Origin: Octopus sinensis
Taxonomy: Eukaryota
Direction of reading: 5' to 3'
NCBI RefSeq assembly: GCF_006345805.1
Contig: NC_043007.1
Coordinates: 59,644,001-59,708,000 of the forward strand
DNA length: 64,000 nucleotides
The translations under genes and the position numbers were made by a program. Each line of letters opens with the position of its first letter. Position 1 is the first letter of the stretch. Below the pieces are notes generated by a model. It was not told where the DNA came from and made no database searches. It worked only from the letters and a program-made list of their open reading frames with translations. Shown piece after piece: positions 1 through 10,465 of the stretch.

Positions 1-339
1 GTTTGTACACTGCAAATACATTTTCGAGGTCATTGAATTGAGACAGTTATGGAGAAAATAAAAAGACGAGAGGAGAGTTAGATTGAAAGGAATGTAGATG
101 AAGTAAATAAACTAAATAATCAGTTAAATAAATAAGTATATAGATGTAAGTGATAAAATGAGATAAATGAAAGAAAGTAATAAAATCAGTAATTAAATTA
201 TTGACAGAACACTAGCAGAGAGTCAGGTGAGTGCGTAGTTTTCAGCTTTATCATCACCATCAAACAATGGAGTTAATAAGGAACCATATATTGTAAATAC
301 TATAAATAAAGTCCGAAAGTAATAAAGATAACTGCCGCC

Positions 340-660
340 ACGATCATCACCATCGTCGTCATCATCATCATCATCATCATCATCGTTTTTCGTCGTCGTT
401 GTTGTCGACGTCGTCTAATGGATGGTATTGAAGCAATAGAGTGAAGAAAAAGGTTTCAAGATTTTAAAAATTAAGATAAGTATAAGGATCCCCTTCTCCT
501 CCTCCTTTTTTCTTCTTCTACGCCTCCTCTCCTCTTCTTCTCCTCCTCCTCCTCCTCCTCCTCCTCCTCCTCCTTCTTCTTCTTCTTCTTCTTCTCCCCT
601 CCTCTACCTACTCCTTTTCTTCTTCTCTCCCTCCTCCCCCCTCCTGCTCCCTCTCATCCT
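340..660. repeat. (CAT/CGT)n and CT-rich (CCT/CTT)n microsatellite tracts
   Basis: Direct inspection: catcatcat run ~340-385 and cctcct/cttctt run ~490-660. Confidence 0.9.
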
Positions 661-687
661 CCTCTGCTTCTTTCCCTCTCCTCCCCA

Positions 688-1546
688 CGTCGAGTGTCAA
701 CCTGGTAGCTTTCTGTAAGTAGCCATTGGTCCGGGGCTGCTATGATAAACCATTCTGTCTCTGATTTTATGCCAGAAGACACTAACCATTGATGAGTAAG
801 GGCTTTGTCAATATCAGCATTATTAATTATCTTTGGGTATTTGCCATTGAGAGGTTTTTCGTGCCATCTATCGGTGAGAATATCTAAGGTAGCAGTTTTA
901 GCAAGGGTTTTCATATGCATTGCTTCATCTGTGCTTGTTTCCAGTGCATCTGATTCTGGGATTTGCTGTATTTGGAATTCACTTAGATATTTCCTTGTCT
1001 GTTTTGTTGATGAGTATGAGGTTTTCTTGCTTTCGTGCTTTAAGGCAAGTTTTAGCATCCAGTCATCTGAATTCTTCAGATAAATGTTTAGTCCAATTGT
1101 TGCAATCTTCAGTGTCAATTCAAGTTGTAAGAGTCCACAGCCACCACCTCCTGGAATTTTCCACTATCCTTTCCTGGAGACTTCCATTTGTTTGATCTTC
1201 TGAGAGCAGATCTTACCTCCTCTACCTTGATACCCTCTCACTTTTGCTCTTCTAAGGACGCTGAATCAGTAGATATTCGATCAATCTATTGTACGGTTTT
1301 TCTTTTGCCCAAGCTTTAATCCAAAATTCTTGCACATTTTCTTTTGATGGGAGCGATTTTACAGTAAATGATATTTTACCTATCTTCCTGTAAATAGTTT
1401 TTGGTTTATCTTTAAACATGTTGTTGTCGTTGAATAACCTTGCGCGCTCTTCATATCATGCTATGCGGGAAGCTTTAGCAGATACCTTTTGCTTGATAGT
1501 TTCTATAGTGGTATCGATGTCAAGTGTGGATTTCATATTATACTTT
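688..1546 (-). mobile_element. R4/Dong-clade non-LTR retrotransposon remnant, internally deleted
   Basis: Minus frames give TIETIKQKVSAKASRIA*YEERARLFNDNNMFKDKPKTIYRKI...FWIKAW (pre-RT region), then GGCGLLQLELTLKIATIGLNIYL...WHEKPLNGKY...THQWLVSSGIKSETEWFIIAAPDQ (post-RT region). Both match R4/Dong-type proteins; the RT core between them is absent. Confidence 0.8.
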
Positions 1547-1549
1547 ACA

Positions 1550-1692
1550 TGTCACCCTTTCGAGGTCGATAAAATAAGTATCAGTTGAGTGCTGGTTTAG
1601 ATCAATAAATATAATTAAAGGATTAAGAATGATCCAAAACTGATTTACTCCTACCCCGAAATTGTTGGCCTTGTGTCAAAATTTGAAACCAA
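1550..1692 (+). mobile_element. SINE 3' fragment (ctttcg-ggtcgataaaataagtaccag...tttgaaacc family)
   Basis: Matches the core and tail of the fuller copies at 27160 and 41863. Confidence 0.7.
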
Positions 1693-1961
1693 TATTGTCA
1701 GGAAAATTGCACAACAATCCAAAGGCAAAGTCTTCGACAATTTTTCGGTACAAATGAATATCAATTAAAAAATATGAGATTCAAACAAAAGCTCCTTCGA
1801 ATAATCAGAAGCGTAAGAGTTTAATGGTTTAAACGGTTAGTATTGTCAATATTACGATCTTTGGTGATGTATCTATATAAATAGAAATTAATCTAAAATT
1901 AAAAAGAAGCAAATGAAAATGGATTACGAATTAGAAAAAGTAATTAATCGATTGTTTAGAT

Positions 1962-2187
1962 TAGTGGTTCTCAACCGGGGTCTACATGGCCTTTGGTGGT
2001 CCATATAAAATTTTGTTAAAATGTACGTATAATAAATTGATTACACTTCTACGATATACAAAATATTTTAACAATTGTTAAACAATCCCTAAAATTCAAT
2101 TATAAAAATATAATAGGACGTTTTAAACATCGGATGGCTATGAGGGTCCAGTTAAGTAATATAGGCAAGAATGGTTGAGAAATACTG
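1962..2187. mobile_element. hAT-type MITE
   Basis: TIRs tagtggttctcaacc / ggttgagaaatactg with a perfect 8-bp TSD gtttagat (1954-1961 and 2188-2195). Confidence 0.85.
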
Positions 2188-2639
2188 GTTTAGATAGATA
2201 TGTATAGTTAAAGAATTAAGAATAATCCAAAAACAGTTAATGGATTGCTCAATTGACCAAATGAGTTGAAGGGTGGTCAAGACTGGAAAAAATAGTAATT
2301 TGATTGTCAAAATTGTCAAATACATTCAACAGATTGTTAAGATGGACAAATATAGTCAATCTATTGACTTCATTAACATGCATAGAGAATTATTTATGGG
2401 AATTATTTAGGAAGACTAGTTGAAGTTATATAGTTAAAGAATGTTTGGAATTAAATGAGCAGATTTTAGGATATATCAAATCTTATTTGTATGAAATATA
2501 TTTCCATTCATTTCACCGACACAATTACAACGAGACTTAAAAACAAAGATTGGGGTCAGTTTGATTGACTGAACCACTTAAATCAGTGAACCAGCGTGGT
2601 TGCAATCTTATGACTGAAACAAAACAATTGAAGAAAAAA

Positions 2640-2915
2640 AACCTAGCACTCGGTTACAACGACGAGGGTTCCAGTTGATGTGATCAACGGAACAGCTAGA
2701 TTCCGTGAAATTAACGGGTAAGTGGCTGAGTAGTCCACAGTCAAGCGTACCCTTAACGTAGTTCTCAGGGAGATTCAGTGTGACACAGGATGTGACGAGG
2801 CTGGCTCTTTGAAATACAAGTACTACTCCCTTCTGCTAGCTGAGTAGACTGGATCAACGCTGGGTATCGAACTCATGACTTTACGATCGTAGGCCGAATA
2901 CCCCAAACACTAAGT
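2640..2915 (-). mobile_element. tRNA-derived SINE (tail ...ggaaccctcgtcgttgtaaccgagtgc)
   Basis: Reverse tRNA-like head (ggtatcgaactcatgactttacgatcgtaggccgaatac) plus a SINE-like body and tail. Confidence 0.6.
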
Positions 2916-3089
2916 CACGCACTTTCACTAGAAGAATTGAAGAATAAATGTGTATATATAGGCAGCAAGGTGACAGAATCGTGAGAGGGCAGGTCAAAAT
3001 GCTTAGAAGCATTTCCTCTGGCTCTTTACTTTCTGAGTTCGAATCCCACTAGGATTAATTTTGAGTAGAAACGAATAGATATGTGTATG

Positions 3090-3143
3090 TACACACACAC
3101 ACTCACACACACACACACACACATACATACATACATACATACA

Positions 3144-3179
<36 letters not shown>

Positions 3180-3190
3180 TATATAATATA
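3090..3190. repeat. compound (CA)n(CATA)n(TA)n microsatellite, left flank of the ribozyme array cluster
   Basis: Direct inspection. Confidence 0.95.
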
Positions 3191-3418
3191 TAATTAATCA
3201 ATATAGGGAGGCAAAAAAATTTTGTAGAATTCTTTTGCCTCCAGCGGCCTAGTGGGAAAAAATTAAATAGTCATAAACCATTTTTAAGTTCAACATCACA
3301 ATCAAGGAACGGCCATAATAGGCCATTCACCCACTAGAAATAACAGCCAAAAAGCTTCAACCGCAAAATAACATTAATTCTGTAAACAGAGAGAAAATAA
3401 AAAAACATTTACCCTGAA

Positions 3419-5488
3419 ATTCCTTATACGATGCACCGTTTCGTCTACTGTTTAATGGTAAACTAACCTGATTAAATTAAATCAAGCCAATCTACCATAG
3501 GCCCTTAGATTCATCAGTAAGGAATAGCCAAATCGGAACAGATATTTTTCACGAGGCATTCACGTCCATGCCTCGCCAATATCTGACCTAAAATTTTCAA
3601 ATCGTCGCACTCGCGCCAAATTTATCGGCAGCAAATAAATATAAGCCGCCGATTCCATTACGGAACTAACCAGAAAATTCATAATTAATCAATATAGGGA
3701 GGCAAAAAAATTTTGTAGAATTCTTTTGCCTCCAGCGGCCTAGTGGGAAAAAATTAAATAGTCATAAACCATTTTTAAGTTCAACATCACAATCAAGGAA
3801 CGGCCATAATAGGCCATTCACCCACTAGAAATAACAGCCAAAAAGCTTCAACCGCAAAATAACATTAATTCTGTAAACCAGGAGAAAATTAAAAAAACAT
3901 TTACCCTGAAATTCCTTATACGATGCACCGTTTCGTCTACTGTTTAATGGTAAACTAACCTGATTAAATTAAATCAAGCCAATCTACCATAGGCCCTTAG
4001 ATTCATCAGTAAGGAATAGCCAAATCGGAACAGATATTTTTCACGAGGCATTCACGTCCATGCCTCGCCAATATCTGACCTAAAATTTTCAAATCGTCGC
4101 ACTCGCGCCAAATTTATCGGCAGCAAATAAATATAAGCCGCCGATTCCATTACGGAACTAACCAGAAAATTCATAATTAATCAATATAGGGAGGCAAAAA
4201 AATTTTGTAGAATTCTTTTGCCTCCAGCGGCCTAGTGGGAAAAAATTAAATAGTCATAAACCATTTTTAAGTTCAACATCACAATCAAGGAACGGCCATA
4301 ATAGGCCATTCACCCACTAGAAATAACAGCCAAAAAGCTTCAACCGCAAAATAACATTAATTCTGTAAACCAGGAGAAAATTAAAAAAACATTTACCCTG
4401 AAATTCCTTATACGATGCACCGTTTCGTCTACTGTTTAATGGTAAACTAACCTGATTAAATTAAATCAAGCCAATCTACCATAGGCCCTTAGATTCATCA
4501 GTAAGGAATAGCCAAATCGGAACAGATATTTTTCACGAGGCATTCACGTCCATGCCTCGCCAATATCTGACCTAAAATTTTCAAATCGTCGCACTCGCGC
4601 CAATTTATCGGCAGCAAATAAATATAAGCCGCCGATTCCATTACGGAACTAACCAGAAAATTCATAATTAATCAATATAGGGAGGCAAAAAAATTTTGTA
4701 GAATTCTTTTGCCTCCAGCGGCCTAGTGGGAAAAAATTAAATAGTCATAAACCATTTTTAAGTTCAACATCACAATCAAGGAACGGCCATAATAGGCCAT
4801 TCACCCACTAGAAATAACAGCCAAAAAGCTTCAACCGCAAAATAACATTAATTCTGTAAACCAGGAGAAAATTAAAAAAACATTTACCCTGAAATTCCTT
4901 ATACGATGCACCGTTTCGTCTACTGTTTAATGGTAAACTAACCTGATTAAATTAAATCAAGCCAATCTACCATAGGCCCTTAGATTCATCAGTAAGGAAT
5001 AGCCAAATCGGAACAGATATTTTTCACGAGGCATTCACGTCCATGCCTCGCCAATATCTGACCTAAAATTTTCAAATCGTCGCACTCGCGCCAAATTATC
5101 GGCAGCAAATAAATATAAGCCGCCGATTCCATTACGGAACTAACCAGAAAATTCATAATTAATCAATATAGGGAGGCAAAAAAATTTTGTAGAATTCTTT
5201 TGCCTCCAGCGGCCTAGTGGGAAAAAATTAAATAGTCATAAACCATTTTTAAGTTCAACATCACAATCAAGGAACGGCCATAATAGGCCATTCACCCACT
5301 AGAAATAACAGCCAAAAAGCTTCAACCGCAAAATAACATTCATTCTGTAAACCAGGAGAAAATTAAAAAAACATTACCCTGAAATTCCTTATACGATGCA
5401 CGTTTCGTCTACTGTTTAATGGTAAACTAACCTGATTAAATTAAATCAAGCCAATCTACCATAGGCCCTTAGATCATCAGTAAGGAAT
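3419..5488 (-). ncRNA. Five type I hammerhead ribozymes (3419-3525, 3911-4017, 4403-4509, 4894-5000, 5384-5488)
   Basis: Reverse complements of the motif at 5805-5911 (tcatcag and gtttc cores bracketed by attcctta/taaggaat). The last copy has single-base indels. Confidence 0.8.
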
Positions 5489-5804
5489 AGCCAAATCGGA
5501 ACAGATATTTTTCACGAGGTATTCACGTCCATGCCTCGCCAATATCTGACCTAAAATTTTCAAATCGTCGCACTCGCGCCAAATTTATCGGCAGCAAATA
5601 AATATAAGAATTCTACAAAATTTTTTGCCTCCCTATATTGATTAATTATGAATTTTCTGGTTAGTTCCGTAATGGAATCGGCGGCTTATATTTATTTGCT
5701 GCCGATAAATTTGGCGCGAGTGCGACGATTTGAAAATTTTAGGTCAGATATTGGCGAGGCATGGACGTGAATGCCTCGTGAAAAATATCTGTTCCGATTT
5801 GGCT

Positions 5805-5911
5805 ATTCCTTACTGATGAATCTAAGGGCCTATGGTAGATTGGCTTGATTTAATTTAATCAGGTTAGTTTACCATTAAACAGTAGACGAAACGGTGCATC
5901 GTATAAGGAAT
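5805..5911 (+). ncRNA. Type I hammerhead ribozyme, family A; predicted cleavage GUA^ after 5903
   Basis: attcctta-CTGATGA-a-tcta...taga-c-GAAA-cggtgcatcg-TA^-taaggaat: 8-bp stem I, intact core, near-palindromic stem III, long structured stem II. Confidence 0.88.
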
Positions 5912-6294
5912 TTCAGGGTAAATGTTTTTTTAATTTTCTCCTGGTTTACAGAATGAATGTTATTTTGCGGTTGAAGCTTTTTGGCTGTTATTTCTAGTGG
6001 GTGAATGGCCTATTATGGCCGTTCCTTGATTGTGATGTTGAACTTAAAAATGGTTTATGACTATTTAATTTTTTCCCACTAGGCCGCTGGAGGCAAAAGA
6101 ATTCTACAAAATTTTTTGCCTCCCTATATTGATTAATTATGAATTTTCTGGTTAGTTCCGTAATGGAATCGGCGGCTTATATTATTTGCTGCCGATAAAT
6201 TTGGCGCGAGTGCGACGATTTGAAAATTTTAGGTCAGATATTGGCGAGGCATGGACGTGAATGCCTCGTGAAAAATATCTGTTCCGATTTGGCT

Positions 6295-6401
6295 ATTCCT
6301 TACTGATGAATCTAAGGGCCTATGGTAGATTGGCTTGATTTAATTTAATCAGGTTAGTTTACCATTAAACAGTAGACGAAACGGTGCATCGTATAAGGAA
6401 T
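6295..6401 (+). ncRNA. Type I hammerhead ribozyme, family A; cleavage after 6393
   Basis: Same motif as 5805-5911. Confidence 0.88.
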
Positions 6402-6783
6402 TTCAGGGTAAATGTTTTTTTAATTTTCTCCTGGTTTACAGAATAATGTTATTTTGCGGTTGAAGCTTTTTGGCTGTTATTTCTAGTGGGTGAATGGCCT
6501 ATTATGGCCGTTCCTTGATTGTGATGTTGAACTTAAAAATGGTTTATGACTATTAATTTTTTCCCACTAGGCCGCTGGAGGCAAAAGAATTCTACAAAAT
6601 TTTTTGCCTCCCTATATTGATTAATTATGAATTTTCTGGTTAGTTCCGTAATGGAATCGGCGGCTTATATTTATTTGCTGCCGATAAATTTGGCGCGAGT
6701 GCGACGATTTGAAAATTTTAGGTCAGATATTGGCGAGGCATGGACGTGAATGCCTCGTGAAAAATATCTGTTCCGATTTGGCT

Positions 6784-6889
6784 ATTCTTACTGATGAATC
6801 TAAGGGCCTATGGTAGATTGGCTTGATTTAATTTAATCAGGTTAGTTTACCATTAAACAGTAGACGAAACGGTGCATCGTATAAGGAAT
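6784..6889 (+). ncRNA. Type I hammerhead ribozyme, family A; cleavage after 6881
   Basis: Same motif, with one C missing in the 5' strand of stem I. Confidence 0.82.
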
Positions 6890-7009
6890 TTCAGGGTAAA
6901 TGTTTTTTTAATTTTCTCCTGGTTTACAGAATTAATGTTATTTTGCGGTTGAAGCTTTTTGGCTGTTATTTCTAGTGGGTGAATGGCCTATTATGGCCGT
7001 TCCTTGATT

Positions 7010-7012
<3 letters not shown>

Positions 7013-7061
<49 letters not shown>

Positions 7062-7064
7062 ATA
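7013..7064. repeat. (TA)n tract shared by the 3' ends of arrays A and B
   Basis: Direct inspection. Confidence 0.95.
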
Positions 7065-9599
7065 TATAATTTCAACAATTGAGGGCAAAATTAATTAATT
7101 ATTAATCAATTTCACCAAGTGTTCAGTATGCAAAGGGACCATTCAAGGCGAATTCAAATTATTACATTATATAAAAGGGCTTAGTAAAAGAAATTACTTT
7201 GCCGCATACTGAACTCATTAGAAATAGCAGCTAAAAAACTTTTTTAAAGCTATTTCTAATACTTAAAGAAAATCTCTCTCATATATAGTGTTTGCTTAAT
7301 TCAACTCACAAAAGTTTGGGGGTAAGGACATCGAAAAATCAAATGCTAAGGTTATTTGAGAACGTACGTTTCAAGATTAGTCAAAACAACACTTCTATCA
7401 TCAGCTCAGAAATTCCTTGGTTTGGATTTGGAAACACTGAAAATAAGAACATACCCTTTCGAAGATCTGCTCGTAACTAACAGTGCCAACAAATTCAAAT
7501 AAGCAAGCGAAGAATCTCTGTTCTCCCCTCTCCACCAGCGTGGGTTAAAATCATCAAACACTATGCTTATTTCGGTAAAATCCGAAGCATTAATCAGAGG
7601 GAGATTAATTATAATTTCAACAATTGAGGGCAAAATTAATTAATTATTAATCAATTTCACCAAGTGTTCAGTATGCAAAGGGACCATTCAAGGCGAATTC
7701 AAATTATTACATTATATAAAAGGGCTTAGTAAAAGAAATTACTTTGCCGCATACTGAACTCATTAGAAATAGCAGCTAAAAAACTTTTTTAAAGCTATTT
7801 CTAATACTTAAAGAAAATCTCTCTCATATATAGTGTTTGCTTAATTCAACTCACAAAAGTTTGGGGGTAAGGACATCGAAAAATCCAATGCTATGGTTAT
7901 TTGAGAACGTACGTTTCAAGATTAGTCAAAACAACACTTCTATCATCAGCTCAGAAATTCCTTGGTTTGGATTTGGAAACACTGAAAATAAGAACATACC
8001 TTTCGAAGATCTGCTCGTAACTAACAGTGCCAACAAATTCAAATAAGCAAGCGAAGAATCTCTGTTCTCCCCTCTCCACCAGCGTGGGTTAAAATCATCA
8101 AACACTATGCTTATTTCGGTAAAATCCGAAGCATTAATCAGAGGGAGATTAATTATAATTTCAACAATTGAGGGCAAAATTAATTAATATTAATCAATTT
8201 CACCAAGTGTTCAGTATGCAAAGGGACCATTCAAGGCGAATTCAAATTATTACATTATATAAAAGGGCTTAGTAAAAGAAATTACTTTGCCGCATACTGA
8301 ACTCATTAGAAATAGCAGCTAAAAAACTTTTTTAAAGCTATTTCTAATACTTAAAGAAAATCTCTCTCATATATAGTGTTTGCTTAATTCAACTCACAAA
8401 AGTTTGGGGGTAAGGACATCGAAAAATCCAATGCTATGGTTATTTGAGAACGTACGTTTCAAGATTAGTCAAAACAACACTTCTATCATCAGCTCAGAAA
8501 TTCCTTGGTTTGGATTTGGAAACACTGAAAATAAGAACATACCCTTTCGAAGATCTGCTCGTAACTAACAGTGCCAACAAATTCAAATAGCAAGCGAAGA
8601 ATCTCTGTTCTCCCCTCTCCACCAGCGTGGGTTAAAATCATCAAACACTATGCTTATTTCGGTAAAATCCGAAGCATTAATCAGAGGGAGATTAATTATA
8701 ATTTCAACAATTGAGGGCAAAATTAATTAATATTAATCAATTTCACAAGTGTTCAGTATGCAAAGGGACCATTCAAGGCGAATTCAAATTATTACATTAT
8801 ATAAAAGGGCTTAGTAAAAGAAATTACTTTGCCGCATACTGAACTCATTAGAAATAGCAGCTAAAAAACTTTTTTAAAGCTATTTCTAATACTTAAGAAA
8901 ATCTCTCTCATATATAGTGTTTGCTTAATTCAACTCACAAAAGTTTGGGGGTAAGGACATCGAAAAATCAAATGCTAAGGTTATTTGAGAACGTACGTTT
9001 CAAGATTAGTCAAAACAACACTTCTATCATCAGCTCAGAAATTCCTTGGTTTGGATTTGGAAACACTGAAAATAAGAACATACCCTTTCGAAGATCTGCT
9101 CGTAACTAACAGTGCCAACAAATTCAAATAAGCAAGCGAAGAATCTCTGTTCTCCCCTCTCCACCAGCGTGGGTTAAAATCATCAAACACTATGCTTATT
9201 TCGTAAAATCCGAAGCATTAATCAGAGGGAGATTAATTATAATTTCAACAATTGAGGGCAAAATAATTAATTATTAATCAATTTCACCAAGTGTTCAGTA
9301 TGCAAAGGGACCATTCAAGGCGAATTCAAATTATTACATTATATAAAAGGGCTTAGTAAAAGAAATTACTTTGCCGCATACTGAACTCATTAGAAATAGC
9401 AGCTAAAAAACTTTTTTAAAGCTATTTCTAATACTTAAAGAAAATCTCTCTCATATATAGTGTTTGCTTAATTCAACTCACAAAAGTTATATGAGAGAGA
9501 TTTTCTTTAAGTATTAGAAATAGCTTTAAAAAAGTTTTTTAGCTGCTATTTCTAATGAGTTCAGTATGCGGCAAAGTAATTTCTTTTACTAAGCCCTTT

Positions 9600-9607
<8 letters not shown>
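7065..9607 (-). mobile_element. Family B hammerhead-ribozyme tandem array (retrozyme-like), ~545-bp unit, with a short 5' inversion (9488-9607)
   Basis: ~4.4 direct units (starts 7065, 7610, ~8154, ~8697, ~9238), then 120 bp inverted, then (TA)n. One minus-strand HHR per full unit. Internal inverted repeats at 7121-7131/7204-7214 and 7219-7228/7249-7258. Confidence 0.82.
7357..7408 (-). ncRNA. Type I hammerhead ribozyme, family B (also 7902-7953, 8445-8496, 8986-9037); predicted cleavage GUU^ between 7361 and 7360
   Basis: Minus strand: tgag-CTGATGA-t-agaagt...actaatct-t-GAAA-cgtacg-TT^-ctca. Stem III acgtacgt is a perfect palindrome; stem I is tgag/ctca. Confidence 0.78.
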
Positions 9608-9638
<31 letters not shown>

Positions 9639-9787
9639 AACAGAGAAATATATGCATAAATATAAATACATATAGACAAAGGTTTTGAATATGTAACTAT
9701 CAGACCATGAAGCATGAGTAGCTGGGTTTCACTATAGAAATTAGCAATTAGGACAGCGTTCATGGAGAAGTTACAAGCCTTTAATGC

Positions 9788-10030
9788 AGTGTTTCTCAGC
9801 CATTTTTTACCTGTGTACCCCTTTGATTCCTATTTTACTCAGATGGACCCTCCTAGCCAGTCGATGTTTAAAAGATCATTATATTCTTATAATTAAATAC
9901 TATTAGGAATTGCATTAAAGAATTATTAAAACATTTTATATATTGTAGAAGTATACCTAATTTATTGCACATAAAGTTTAACAACAAAACTTTATATAGA
10001 GGTGAGCATAGGGATCTCAGTTGCGAACCA
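9788..10030. mobile_element. Degraded hAT-like MITE
   Basis: cagtgtttctcagcc left end and a decayed agttgcgaacc right end, similar to the MITE at 1962. No clear TSD. Confidence 0.4.
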
Positions 10031-10034
10031 ATTT

Positions 10035-10465
10035 TACTTGTTTCAGTTATTAGACTGCGGTCATGCTGGAGCACCGCCTTAAAGATGTTTTAGTCGAATA
10101 AATCGAGCCCAGTACTTAATTTTGTTAAGCCTGATACACATTCTATCGGATACTTTTGCTGAGCCGCTAAGTTACGGGAACGCAAACACACCAACATCGG
10201 TTGTCAAGCGGCGGTGAGGGATAAACACAGGCACGAACACACACAACACACACACACACATTTATATACATGCATACATATATACATACATACATATACA
10301 CGACGGGCTTCTTTCAGATTCCGTCTACCACATCCACTCACAAGGCTCTGGTCGGCCAGAGGCTACAGTAGAAGACACTTGGCCAAGGTACCACGCAGTA
10401 GGATTGAACCCGGAACTATGTGGTTAGGAAACAAGCTTCTTATTACCCTGCCACGCCTGCGCCTT
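10035..10465 (-). mobile_element. tRNA-derived CORE-like SINE with internal microsatellite
   Basis: Reverse of the family seen at 56766: head ggttccgggttcaatcc, ccttggc-caagtg core, internal (CA/TA)n, tail ...gactgaaacaagtaaaa. Confidence 0.85.

Larger units (their letters stand above)
3191..7014 (+). mobile_element. Family A hammerhead-ribozyme tandem array (retrozyme-like), ~491-bp unit, with 5' inversion: 3191-5608 antisense, 5606-7014 sense
   Basis: Unit starts at 3191, 3682, 4174, 4665 and 5156. Orientation switches at ~5606-5608 (aag microhomology). Ends at ttgattgtgat|(AT)n. One HHR per unit; (TA)n on both sides; no meaningful ORF. Confidence 0.85.

Noticed and set aside
7292-9109. 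Repeated 62-83-aa ORFs (MLNSTHKSL..., MPSIVEII...) as peptides of family B
   Set aside because: They begin with non-ATG starts or shift frame between copies, have no recognisable domain, and overlap the ribozyme; this is the expected by-product of a repeated unit.
3191-9607. CRISPR array or organellar/bacterial insert
   Set aside because: Units are ~490-545 bp and identical throughout, with no unique spacers and no cas or organellar genes; the context is eukaryotic repeats.
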